A stretch of DNA of 61,467 nt, the filler included, from Sphacelaria rigidula (taxonomy: Eukaryota), in assembly GCA_964200075.2 (NCBI GenBank). It is 9 parts of 9 records of this genome, joined end to end, with 100 filler letters (N's around TTAATTAATTAA, not from the genome) between each part and the next. Parts side by side here need not be neighbours in the genome. Positions count along the whole stretch, not along the records: positions 20,525 to 27,265 come from CAXNAA020018312.1; positions 27,366 to 34,106 come from CAXNAA020018313.1; positions 34,207 to 40,947 come from CAXNAA020018314.1; 6 more parts are not named here. The stretch is one strand, 5' to 3'. Under the pieces are notes generated by a model. That model did not search any database and was not told where the DNA came from. It saw only the letters and a program-made list of their open reading frames with translations. Within the stretch, counting starts at the first letter, position 1. Every line of letters begins with the position of its first letter. The translations under genes and the position numbers were made by a program. Of this stretch, positions 23,829 to 36,406 are shown piece after piece.

Positions 23829-25906
23829 ACGTCATGACAGGGTGGTGGGTATTATCCACGTCCAGCGACATTCGGTCAATGCGATAACATCGGTGCCGTG
23901 TGGATGAGCACAGTGTACAGGCTGGGTCGCCCAAGACGCGGACAGGAAGATTGACGATCCATCTGCTCAAAGTTGGGTTGTTTACTCTGAAGTTTGACAC
24001 GATGTACAGAACTTATGTGCGAAGACCAAGTGTTTCCTCCCTACTTCTTTTTTTTTCCGTGAGTTATTCACGATTCAGGTTCGAAAAATTGTTGTGAATA
24101 TTTTAGTCGCCAATAACTCACCTGAAAAAGGAAAAATGTCGGGGAAGAAAAATTAACAGACAGCTCCAATTTCACGCAGTGAAGTTAGTTTCTGCTGCGG
24201 GTAAAAATTCGACTAACTGGTTCTTTGCGACTCCGTTTTAGCATCAGGATATCTGCGACCTGATTCGTGCGACCCGATTCTTGCGATATTTTGTTTGCTA
24301 GATTTTTCCACTCTACAATCCCTATCGATTTCGGTTTTTGGGGATAACTTTGTCAAACAGACACCAAACGCATCCTGCTCTAAGGGGGACCTTGGCACAC
24401 AGCAGTTGCTGCTGCCTACTTAGTGTCATCCTCCAAATCGAAGTCTTGAGTGAGAACCCCCAGCGTTTGGTACCCATGTACAAGGATATATGATCTTCAC
24501 CTAGTATCATGCTCCAAAACGTACCTGACGAGGGAGCAACACCCCTGTACGGACAGTAGCAATTCTAGCGGATCCTACGTCTTGACAATCTGTAACAGTC
24601 TGGCAGCCGGCAAGGTGGTTATGTTGGTGTCCTTCTAGCGATGTCAACTTACAGTGCACTGGAGCAGAGTTTGCACGTGAATATTTCGGCGATTGCCTCA
24701 CCTGCAGTTCGCCCAGATGTTGCGGGTTTTTCCTCGATATCACCGAGTAACATTACATACATGCACAGGTGGAAACGTACCAGACCCTCTGTTACATTAT
24801 AGGTTGAGATGTACCAGACCGTGCAATATGTATGGAAATGCACCCAACCGTGGACAAGAGATTTCTACAGTCAGTACGTACACGTTGTTGAAAGTGTACT
24901 GCGCAAAGTCAGCGTGTTGTGTGTGTTGTCGTCCCATCTATTCCGGACGCTGGTCTCCACCTTTAGGTATATGTGGGTGCACCAGCCGCGGCTGTGCTAC
25001 CATACAGCTTCGCCCAAGATACAGGCAGCTAGCAGTAGGGTAGCCTCTGAATTGAATTAAATTAAACGGGCGGAGCGGGTTAATTTTAGTCAGCACGCGT
25101 GCTAGCGCGAGCGCGATTTTCCGTGTTGCCGACATCGTGCCAGCGCGCTTGTGCACTACAGCGTTATACTCCCCTGTGGCAGCCCGTCACGGTATTGCTC
25201 CTCGTGTTCATCACGCTTTATCCGAAAACACGCAGAAGAGACGCCAGTGAGTCAGTCCATCGTTGTTGCACTCGGAGGTATGGTGAACCCGTTCTTATTC
25301 GATCTAGTACTGTTTTTCTTGGGCACGTCCATCATGAGACCACGGCTGGACCCCTGGGGGTCAGTTCAAGTGGGGTAAGTTCAAGTGGGGTAAGTTCAAG
25401 CGCGACAATCAATCAATGAAGCAATCAATCAACCAGCACTGCCTCATGATGCCTGCTGTACCAAATAGTATACCGTACCAGCTCAAAAACAGATATGCAT
25501 GATATAAACGCCACCGACATGGTCTGGTTATCATGAACTGTGTACGAGGCGCGGGAAGCGCAGTTGTTGTCAGGGAATGCAAGGACGCAACCATACTGCA
25601 GTACAGGCAGTTTTTATCATTAGCATGAAACACGTGATTCGAACGAGACACAAGACAAAGCATTTACATTATCATACCTGACGTTTTGGTACTGAAACGA
25701 GTCCACCAGTCCCTCCACTACCTGCCGGAAGAAGATAGTTACAGACCTTCATTTTATCATTTTAGAGTTGAAGGGCCCAGCCGAGACCACTCCGGTTTCA
25801 CCGCCGAAATCCGAGACCGCAACATCGCAACACACCAAAATAGATTGAAATTTGAAGCGCCCTGGACACAGGGCAATCTATTCTATAAGATGAGGTTGCA
25901 CACTAA

Positions 25907-26154
25907 GACACTTTCTACGATAGCCCCCCGCCAAAACCAGCTAAAAGTGTCACGAAAAAAACGGCCATACAGCGCCTGATGTTTGGGTTCAGGCTGCATG
26001 AAGCGCCTCATCATGGTGACATTGGCTAGAACGAATCCAAGCGCGGGAATTCCCAGCTTCTCGTTGTGCTCGTCTTTTCCCATTTCGATTCACGTGAAGA
26101 TTTTGCCTCCCAAAACCTTGCACTTTTGGGGGGGGAACTATCGTAGAAAGTGTC
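25907..26154. mobile_element. MITE (~250 bp); truncated second copy at ~47654-47787 next to a (TA)n tract
   Basis: 17-bp perfect TIR GACACTTTCTACGATAG...CTATCGTAGAAAGTGTC; shared interior TACAGCGCCTGATG...GGCTGCATGAAGCGCCTCAT. Confidence 0.8.
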
Positions 26155-26499
26155 TGGTGTACGCGTGGAATTTGGTATGCATGTGTTGTGCTGCTTTAAA
26201 TAGCATGCATGATGCATGGTTTGTGCAACACGGGTGGCATTACAGGTCCTAAGTCAAATATTGGCATGCATGTACGAACTTTTGTATGCTGAATGGGATC
26301 TTGGCATGCATGTGTGGAATATCGCTCGAATGCTACTGGTGTGCATTGTGTCTGATGACCGTCAGGGCGAGGCAGTTAACAAAACACTGCTGGATGATGA
26401 ATGAGATGAAACTCGTACTGACTGTAGGAGACGGTGACTGCTGCTGATGACGTGAAAATGAGCTGAAACTACGAAATGCGTAGGCTCGTTGTCTATGAG

Positions 26500-26960
26500 C
26501 AGAGATCACACGAGTTCTCGTGTGGTTGAGGATGAAAAATTATGCACGTATGAAAAACTGATCCTTGCCCGTGGCACGCTTTTGGCGATACTATTCAAGG
26601 TGTTGCGCCAGGTGAGGATTGTTCAATTTAATTTTTGTACGTAGGAAGTAGCAAACTTGACGGTACTTACTGTCTGATGGTTTGCTGTATGTTTGTTATC
26701 CCGGATCATTTGTCAAATTTCGTTTGGTTGGAACCAACCGAGGCTTGCACTGCCGAGGTCACGGCTAAGTATTTGTTGCAATATGGTGCAAGACTTGGGG
26801 ATGCGGCGTGTGTGGGTTAGTGATACCGCCACGCACTTCGAGAACCAAGTACAAGAATCGCGCAGTAGAGCGACGCACTGGAGGTGCAACACCCATTTGA
26901 TGTTGCGTATACCCATTGGTCGAATGGTTCTGAAGCAATGTTTATGTTATTGTTTTGGTC
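26500..26960 (+). pseudogene. Decayed Ty3/Gypsy integrase core fragment
   Basis: Frameshifted pieces FLYVG...DHLSNFVWLEPTEACTAEVTAKYLL / VWVSDTATHFENQ / VAYTHWSNGS, matching the DDE integrase core. Confidence 0.75.
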
Positions 26961-27623
26961 GATTGAGGTGGGTTCTGTACTGAAGAAAGTACATAGAAGC
27001 CTCTTCGGAAGATAAATATTTCTGAGCCTGAATTTGTTGCGATAAAATTGCGTAAACTGAGGTTGACTCGGGCGCTGACGAGTGAATTAGCGTCAGAGTA
27101 TGGCATTTCTTCGTGATTTGGAGCATGCGAATTCGCCTTGGTTTTTTGTTGGTTGTCAAGCTCGTTCGTTTGTCTTGAACTCGCTTTGGGGGTGCTGTAG
27201 CCAAAATACACCAAGGCGTAGTACATGTAGCATGTAGGATCCTGGATGATGACCAGGGGACAAGGNNNNNNNNNNNNNNNNNNNNNNNNNNNNNNNNNNN
27301 NNNNNNNNNTTAATTAATTAANNNNNNNNNNNNNNNNNNNNNNNNNNNNNNNNNNNNNNNNNNNNGGACAATCTTTGAGAAACGAACAAATTACGGATTC
27401 TGCATACTTCTGACGCTGACTACTGTACACAACAGAAGGTCGTGGATCTTGATCTGTGGAGTGATGGGATCCCTAGTAGATAGATGGATATGATAGTCGT
27501 CGAGATGGATGTGGCAACAACGATGACGAGGTTCGAGGCGGGGTTGATTGATTGATTGATTATCTCACACCAGGTCATTGCAACAATCCAGCCCGTGGTC
27601 AGGAGCGAAAAAGAGCAGAGTAT

Positions 27624-28095
27624 GGCTACTTCTTATGTATAAAAAAAAAGAATGTTGTTGAAAAGTGTATTTTTGGCCCTTCTCCGTCGTTTTTCCCCCG
27701 AAAAGAGGGCTGGGCAGATGTTGACACCTTGGAATGACTTGCTCTACTCGCTGAGACGGTTTCAGAGCACCTCTGCGTTTCCCGTAGGTCATAGTTTCGT
27801 TTTTGGTCAAAATTGCATTTTCAATAACAAGCGGCCAAGTTATCAGAAAACAGGGTCGAAACTGACGGGTTTTTTTATAAATTGACTGTTCGTTATTGAA
27901 AATGCAAGTTTGACCAAAAACAAAACCACGACCTATGGAAAACGCAGAGGTGCTCTGGAACGGCCTGGGCGAGTAGAGCAACTCATTCCAAGGTGTCAGC
28001 ATCCGCCTAGCCCTCTTTTGAGGGGAAAAACGACAGAGAAGGGCCAAAAATGCACTTTTCAACAAGATTCATTTTTTTATACATGAGAAGTAGCC
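27624..28095. mobile_element. Fold-back element (~470-bp palindrome), family F
   Basis: Ends GGCTACTTCTTATGTATAAAAAAA...TTTTTTTATACATGAGAAGTAGCC. Arms pair over ~220 bp (GATGTTGACACCTTGGAATGACTTGCTCTACTCG / CGAGTAGAGCAACTCATTCCAAGGTGTCAGCATC). Confidence 0.85.
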
Positions 28096-28134
28096 TAAGG
28101 CCAACTCTGATGGGAGAGGTTTGAACTTCCTCTA

Positions 28135-28525
28135 AAAAACTGCCTTTTGGGCCCTTCTCCGTCGATTTACACCCGAAAAGAGAGCTAGGCGGATGTTGAC
28201 GCCTTGGAATGACTTGCTCTGCTCGTCGAGACGCTTCTAGGGCAACTTTGCATTTCTCGCTGGCCGCACTTTTGTTTTTGGCCAAATCAGGCCAAACACA
28301 GATTTTCAGTATAAAACGGTCAGGTGATCATGAGTTTTCCTCTGTTTTTTTATCGCTCGATCGTTTTTCCGTGTTGGCCAATACCAAAAGTGTGGCTAGC
28401 GGGAAATGCAAGTTGCCCTGGAACGATCTCAATGAGCAAAGCAAGTCATTTCAAGGTGTCAACATCCGCCTAGCCCTCTTTTGAGGCGTAAAACGACGGA
28501 GAAGAGCCAAATAGGCCGTTTTAAA
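28135..28525. mobile_element. Second fold-back element of family F (divergent subfamily)
   Basis: Same outer motif GGCGGATGTTGACxCCTTGGAATGACTTGC and its reverse complement; inner arms differ from the first copy. Confidence 0.8.
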
Positions 28526-29358
28526 CAGGCAGTCGAACGGCTCCAATCAGTGGTCTAAGAAGAAAAAAAAAAGGAACAGGAAGAGACAGAAAAAAGTTGG
28601 GGCGGGCTCTACCAACTGGAGGCAATTACTCACCTCCCCCTGCAATATCCAGGAAAGGATGGGCGAGGCCTCATAAGAGGGAGGGGAACGAGAGCAACCT
28701 TGCTTTGAAGGGATTGTCCCCCGGATATCATACGTACTGGAAAAAGTGCGCACTGCGAGATTGAGGCCTGATATTAGGTGCGAAGGTACATGGCAGTTGA
28801 CTGATTGATCGGTTGCTTGTTGCATTTTAGACAGCCGCGGCCACAGGATCGACGTACCCGAGATCAAAACAATCGAGAAACACTCGCTGAAGAATAGAGA
28901 AGAAAAGCAGAAATGTGGAACAGGGTAGACTGAATAAGGAGAGAAGGGGGAGAGGGAAACAAAGCGAATACTAAGAACGGGAGAAAAAAATAGCGCTCAT
29001 TATTGACTGCGCAAAGAGCGACGATTTTTGCGCGCCCAAAATTCAATTTCAATTTTTCCATATTAAAGAAAAAAATGGCGAGAAAAATTATGAAAAAGAA
29101 GAAAGAGAGAAGGGTTGAATCTAGCGTTTGTTTGATCTTTGTGCTGAGGTACACCAAAACAAGGTGTGAGGGTAAAAGAATACGAAAATGCCAAGGGCGT
29201 CTAATGCCACCGATACAACCCGTGCGGCTTGTCTATGCGCAGCAGTATCCCGCGAGCAAATGTCACCACGGCTAAACAATGACTAAAGCGTGTATATTTA
29301 GAATAGATGATTGTACCATGCGTAGCAAGAGTACTGGGATGTTGCTGCCGCCGATCTA

Positions 29359-29720
29359 TGTGTGGTCATCTAATCTATTCTGGACGCCAGTCTACACCTC
29401 ACGGTATATGCAGGCGCATCAGCCGGGGTCACACAGGAGGAAGGCCAGCACAGGAGTTTTCTTGTAATTTTGTTTTGGTACCTCACCTTCCTTCTTCAGT
29501 GCTTGCTTTCTTTTCCTTTTTATCGCGAGAGGGGTCAAGGAGTTCCCTTATCTCGTCGACAGTGAAGTCGAATAAATGTGTACCCACCACATAGTCGCTC
29601 TTCACTATTCGGTATTGTGTGAGAAAGAATCCCAGATCGTGTGGCTGCACCGAGATTCGAACCCGCGACCCAAACGTCAGGAGGTTTTCGAGATTACCAA
29701 CTGAGCCAGCCGGGCGACCG
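29359..29720 (-). mobile_element. tRNA-derived SINE, near full length
   Basis: Colinear with 2097-2464; A box and B box (GGTTCGAATCT) on the minus strand. Confidence 0.85.
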
Positions 29721-29940
29721 CGATGGCGATCTATGTCAAGGCATGGCAATTGCGTTTACACTGACGTTTCCCGACACTGACATTGTTCCTGCATACATCT
29801 GGCGTTGCATGCTGGATCAGATATACACTGTAAGGAAATCAGATGAAAATGAAATACCGCAGGATCCAGAAAAATCAACATCATTTCATATGCAACGGAT
29901 TTTTCAGGCTTTTTGATCGGCATCATTTTTTACGTTGAAT

Positions 29941-30241
29941 TTAACCCTTTCACCGCGAGCGAGGATAGTCACCTGCTTAATCGGGATCAAAATTCACTTG
30001 AAAAATGTTTGCGTAATCCAGATGAACTACCTGCACCGCCGTCCAAGGCTTAGGTCGGCATCACCATGTGTGAAACTGTCCCCCGGATCCTTGCGATATC
30101 TTTTTATTTGTACTTTTTTCCAGCACTCGGGTTAACCCTTCGACCGCGAGGGTAGATCACCTGCTGAATCGGCATCAATTTCACTTTAAAAAAGTTTGTG
30201 TGATCCCAGATGGACTACCCGCATCGCGGTGTAAGGGTTAG
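29941..30241. mobile_element. Two ~105-bp piggyBac-like miniature elements (29945-30049 and 30136-30237)
   Basis: TTAA|CCCTT...AAGGG|TTAG and TTAA|CCCTT...AAGGC|TTAG; the two interiors are homologous. Confidence 0.55.
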
Positions 30242-30492
30242 AGGGTACTCTGTGGGCCGTCTTCACTCGATTTAAACGTTCGTCTATTTTTTGGTGCCAC
30301 TTCGCTCTCGGAAGCTCTCGGACCATTTCAACGGGTGCCGACCCTGTCAGTGCGTGTGCTGTGCGCACGTCTCAGTCGTCCATCATTGAACTCTGAAACG
30401 ATTTGTGCGAGGTCACGCACACGACTATCACCGATGCTCAAGTATTTTGGAATTCAATCCGCTGAGTGTGGCGCCGAAAGCTGCCGAAACCC

Positions 30493-30493
<1 letters not shown>

Positions 30494-30532
<39 letters not shown>
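30494..30532. repeat. (TG)n microsatellite; others are (CAA)n ~13752-13778, (GAC)n ~14184-14213, (TA)n ~47627-47652 and ~51397-51416, poly-G 25-72
   Basis: Seen directly. Confidence 0.95.
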
Positions 30533-30535
<3 letters not shown>

Positions 30536-31419
30536 CAAAATATATTTTCCAAATTTCTATACGTCGTAGGTGACGGCGCCTGTAATCCGTTCCCATTCTG
30601 TGTTGACCTTCCTCCTGCGTGACCCCCGCTGATACGCCCACATATCCCGAAAGGTGGTGTAGAACGGCGTCCAGAATAGATGGGATGGCAACACACAAAC
30701 ACACGCACGCACGATGTTTTTGATCATAATAATTTCTTGTAAAGAAAAAAAAAACTATTTGAAAGCACGATCATATTCTGTGTTATTGATTGATTGGTAA
30801 AGTGATTGTCGCACTTTAACTGACCCCCCAGGGGTCCAGCTATTTATTATTACTTACCTTTATATTGTTGTTATTGTTTATTTATTTTTACAACATCGAT
30901 CGATACTCTCAGTTTTTCAATTTTCGAGGGAAAAACAGCGAACGAATAAATTGTTTTTTCCCTGCCTGAAAAGAGCGGCGCTTGCTGGAGTATGTCAACC
31001 AATCGAAAATTGGACGCTTTTGTACCCGCCCCCCAGCTCCCCGCCCTCTCCAAGGACACGACGCGTCTTGTTGCACACGAACGAGCTAGACAAGTCGGTG
31101 CAACGCAACACAGCACAGCACAGCACCGTACAGTAGTGCAGTAGTACTGCAGTACGGAAGATAGAACAGTGGCTCACACAAGCCAAATATCTAGCTTGGC
31201 TGGAGAGTCGTCTCCACAAAAGACATACGAGCCGAGTCAGCCAAGAAACACACGCAGTCCTCACGCACACAATGGAGCTTTTTTCAGTTCCCGGAACTGC
31301 TCTGCCCGGTGCGATTACATCGCTTTGACGTGCACAGACCAAATCTGGTGAAGACACGCTCTGCCGCTGTCAAGAACAAAAATATTAATGTGATGCATGA
31401 GGCTACTTCTCATGTGTCG

Positions 31420-32110
31420 AAGAAATATTCCTGTTGACAATATTGCCTTTTTTGCTCCTCTCCGCTGTTTTTCGCCCAAAAAGAGGACTACAGTAGGCGG
31501 ATGTTGACACCTTGGAATGACTTGCTCCACTCATCGAGACCGTTCCAGAGCACCTTTGCGTTTTCCTGACTGTAGGTCGCAGTTTTGTTTTGGCCCAACT
31601 TCCATTTTCGATAACGAATGGCCAACTCATCAGAAAAAATATGGGGAAAAACAGACAGTTTTTTTCATAACTTGACCGTTCGTTATTGAAAATGCAAGTT
31701 TGGCCAAAAAAAACTGCGACCTACGGGAAAACGCAAAGGTGCTCTGGAACGGTGTCGGCGAGTAGAGCAACAGTGTCGCACCAAAAGAAAAAAGAAGTCA
31801 AATGTACGCCGATTTTCGCATACAAGAATCACTGTATAAATTACCAGCTTGGATAATCCGCAAAGTACGTATCATCAGAAAACACATGGGGGAAAACAGC
31901 CAATTTTTTTATAACTTGACCGTTCGTTATTGAAGATGCAAGTTTGGCCAAAACAAACTGCGACCGACGGAAAAACGTAAAGGTGCTCTGGAACGGTCTC
32001 GGCGAGTAGAGCAACAGTGTCGCGCCAAAAAAAAAAAGTCAAATGTACGCCGATTTTCGCATACAAGAATCATTGTATAAATTACCAGCTCGGATCATCC
32101 GCAAAGTAGG
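31420..32110. mobile_element. Third family-F fold-back element, right-truncated, with a ~235-bp tandem duplication (~31640-31875 and ~31880-32110); lone right arm at ~33215-33335
   Basis: Starts GGCTACTTCTCATGT. The block ATAACTTGACCGTTCGTTATTGAA...GTCAAATGTACGCCGATTTTCGCATACAAGAATC occurs twice. Confidence 0.8.
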
Positions 32111-35100
32111 TGTAGTTTACACGAGCGGGGTGCCCAAGAGGGACGACCTGCAGCCCAACACACGGCATATATGAAAAGCTATGTTCAAGGCTGGATCGTC
32201 GGCCCAAATTGCAGGCCGAGAACGTGACCATATCCCGCGTTCGGTGGTGTGCATGGTGTTGCTCGGTACGGGTGCCTTGCGGGCCCCATTGTACGACGAT
32301 AGGTGGCGACCACGCTTGGTGTTCCAGCGCACCACCGCGCCCAGGGCGTAGTATATCGAGTGTACAATTCGCTTTAAAAAAATCATCTCATTTGCTTTTG
32401 TCGCACTGGAGAACGGCACAATCGATTGCATGCATGTCTCGAGGCGCAGCTGATGGGTTTGAAAATTGAAAACTCCGTCATGACCACTATATGAAGTGCA
32501 GTATAATATGCTGATGCGATATACGGTCTACAGACAGTCTACCCGTACCGCAAGGCTACGTAACCGCACATGATATGCGGCGTAATCAGGGCGTAACCGC
32601 GTCTCATATTTACTTGAGTACACTCCTTCGGTAAACCACCATTTTTCCGTGCAACTTGAGTTTTGGATTCCCGCCTGTGGCTTCGTGTTCCATCATAAAA
32701 CTTTGCACACTAGTTAGGCACAACACAGGCAGTATATGCCCAAAGACCCCCGCGCGATTGGGCCGGGAAACACCGTACAACATGGCCCCAACCGATTGTA
32801 GGGAATGCCGTCCATGCGCTCTCAAATCGGCCATGCAGCTGCCCAGACTTTGCGCACTACAGGTGAACGCGTATGTGCACGCACAGATGCACAAATTTGG
32901 ACATTTAGCGCGGCTGGGCGGCCGATGTGGCAGAAAACTGACGCCGGTCTGTACTGCGGCCCTCTCTGGATCATGACCATCTGTAGTGTACCGATACGCA
33001 CACAGTCTGTAGAGCTGCGCAGTTCGTGACGCACGACCCTACGCACGCTGTAGCCGCTGCAAGGCGCTGAAACTTTGCTCACATGTTGTGCGAACCACAG
33101 TCAACAGTTCCACGTCGCTACATCTGGTACTGCGCGCTGCAGGAGTGCGCACTAAAGGGGAAAGTGGTCAGATTTTGTTCCGAAAAATGTTTTTTTCTTT
33201 TTTTGGCGCAACACTGGCAAGTCATTCCAAGGTGTCAACATCCGTCTAGCCCTCTTTTCGGGCGAAAAACGGCGGAGGAAGGGCGAAAAAGCCACTTCCC
33301 AACAGGGTTTTCTTTTTCCCACAGAAGAAGTAGCCCAAGAAATGATTCAACGACGGAGCTAGATTCTGCGAAAAAAACGTGTACGTCGAGATTCGAACTC
33401 GTGACCTTCCGCCCCAGCGCAAGTCCCCTGTACCAGTCAGACAACAGGGTGCAGCGGTTTCACACAAGACGTGGAATGCCCCGCTCAATTTTTCGAGTTT
33501 CCAGTCGGAATTTCACGAGGACCTTCTACACGCAAGTTCACAATCCTTCACCAAACGTTTCCGCAGGTTTTACTTTTGTCATCGAGTTATTATGATGTGT
33601 TTCATTTTTTTTGCTTCAGAAATTGCAGACAGCTGTAACTGACTCCCTGTTATTTCTTCTTCTTCTACTTCTTCTTCTTATCTATCTCCCCTGGGAACTT
33701 TCGCCACTTTGCCCGTCTTGATAACATATGTGTCTACCTCGTGTCAAATCTTCAGTTCCTAACTCCTGAACATTAAGCAGGATGAAACGGTTCGTTCAAC
33801 CACCAATAGGAATCCCTGGCCGGCCCGACCCGTACTGTACGGGAGTGGAGTCCGTCCGCTGCGGAATAGTAGATTAATAGTGACCAATAGGACACGAAAA
33901 CTTGAAAACAAATCGCCGACGCCGCCCCGAGCGTGGAAATAACGGTTTCACGCTGCGTGTACACCCACAATGCACATGTAGATGAGTTCCAAGTCATAAT
34001 GAGCTATGCTGCGAAAGGAGGTGTACTCATGATTGGGGAGGGGGGGGGGGGCGTACTCATTTGTTGCTTGCCTCAGTCATTTGACCATTCACCACGCATC
34101 CCTTTCNNNNNNNNNNNNNNNNNNNNNNNNNNNNNNNNNNNNNNNNNNNNTTAATTAATTAANNNNNNNNNNNNNNNNNNNNNNNNNNNNNNNNNNNNNN
34201 NNNNNNGCGATTCACCAGTTCCCCAGTGGAGTATCTTCAAACCGCGAGACACTGAGTCCCATAGATAAGAGCAGTAGTCGGGCTGCTGTTTTGTCTGGTG
34301 TGTTTTATTTATTAAGGCTTAGGCCTGTTTTGGTTTGTGTTATATTTGTGCTTTGAAGCTGAAGCTGTAGATGAAGATCGGATACAATCAGTTGTGTGAA
34401 ACAAGAACGGTGCTGCTCTCGTCTGTAAATGCTTGTTGTCTCTTTTTGTGATATACATGAGGGCGGCTGTGGTCAGCCCGCGCTGCTGAGCCGAGTAAAT
34501 AAACAATGTACACTGAGGTCCGAACCTGGACCAATCGTGGTGAACACCATTATTACACCCTTCTCAATCAAGGTGCTTCACCATTATCACATCACACATT
34601 TGACGGAGGGGGAAATGATTTTGCGTTACACTAATCCTGAGATATTTGTGCCCTGAAACGACAAAAAAGCGTTTTCCGAAACTCTCTCATGTTTTGGTGA
34701 GAGTAAGAGTCCGGGATACGATTGAAATTGAGAAGCGGTCAAATGATCGATGCAATAGTTTCACTTCTTCTGTCTTAGCTTGCCACTGAAGCGTTTGATA
34801 TCCCCAAGTAGGATATCGATCTGTAGCTGTGAGCACACGCAAATGACCGACATGAAGCCGTGATACAGGCAAAGAAAAGCACACACGAATGACAAACTGG
34901 CCAAGCTGAAGCGAAAATTAAGAGTCACTCTCGATCAACGCAGGTGGTCACCCTGTTACACCCTCAGAACACCTTCTCAAAGCAGAGACCCTATTATGGC
35001 GATCCTCTACAAGGTATATACCCTCTGTAGTGACTCTTTTCACACCCTCTACAATGTGCCACCTTTATGTGCCCTGCGGCGAGAGCTAAATGTCCACCTG

Positions 35101-35351
35101 TGACGCTAGACTCTCAACCCCACGAAAAACGTTTGGCGTATTTTGCTCAATGTGATGTCTTATATCTCGAGAGTACTTCCCAGTTGAGCCGCGTTTCGGT
35201 ACATGAAACAACCATACGTGGCGCTCGATTCGTATCCTGCGAAACAAATGGTTGCCGAACGCCGCTTCGGAACGTGGAATACATCCGTGCTACTATCTCC
35301 GTGTTTCCCTCCCCCCTCTTTGATTTTTGCAAGCGTTTCCGTTTTCTCTAC

Positions 35352-35568
35352 TGTAATGCATGAGAGGACCGCGTGCTTATGGGACCGCATCGCACTGTAG
35401 TTCGAAACACCTCAGGATCGACGTTCTTCAAAACCAATCGGGCCAGTCCCTGCAGGGACCACGCCTCCTGACCCTAACCCGAAAACTAACCCCAACCCTA
35501 ACCCCAGCCACAGCGATGTTCATATTTCGACGCGGTCCTCTAAGCACGCGGTCGTCTCACGCATTGCA
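35352..35568. mobile_element. MITE with ~40-bp TIRs and internal CCCTAA-like repeats; second copy at 36789-37002
   Basis: Ends AATGCATGAGAGGACCGCGTGCTTA...TAAGCACGCGGTCGTCTCACGCATT; interior ACCCTAACCCGAAAACTAACCCCAACCCTAACCC. Confidence 0.8.
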
Positions 35569-36406
35569 TCCCCTTAGGGGTACATGCATCTTGTGGCCAC
35601 GGCCGGGTTCCTCGGGGATCAACTCATGTGTCACAATCAATCAAATCAAAATCGAAATAAATGCAGCCTGATGTCATGATGTTGCAAGGCATATATTTGT
35701 CGCCGTGCCTTCGCAGACCCGTGGATTTTGTACTCGGTGCTTGATTTGATAAATATGTTCGTGAGTATTGCGGGTCTGATCAGGCTTATCCAGCAGGCCA
35801 GTGTGACGTACACTCTGTTGAGTAAGCTATAGTCTCTGGCTCACTTACTATCACGACGAGCAATTGCTGGAAGCCACTCAACCCGGTGAGGCGAGTGAAA
35901 AAACGTTGGATGAACAATACGTAATAAAAGAGTTCAGGAATGCTGTGAATGAACACACTTCACCTTCCTACTGCGTGAACAAAAGCATGATAGGATAAGG
36001 GGTTTGGCTGGTGCTTGCTGCGGCGAGACAGCACGTTTGACGTGAACCGCCCCTAACACGCACAAGGGTAGTGACCACAAGTGCAGCGTACGCCCATCAC
36101 ACCAAGCGGCAAGTGTGATGTTCGAGTGCAGATTGTTGACCGAATGGTGCTGATCTGCATTCTTATCCTCAAAATGTATGCGGACTTGAAATCGTTGCCA
36201 ACGGGCGTGCGTTCCGTCAAGTAAACGAAGGCGACAGACGTAACAGTTATGACAACATGATGTACACTTGAGAGGAGCACGACCATTGGTTTGGGTGCCT
36301 AGATCAGTACCAAAATATTTGATGTACAATCAATATGGACTCCTCCGGTTTTCATGACAAGAATTATGGTTGGCGGTACGTAACATATTTCGTAGCTATG
36401 GTTCAC

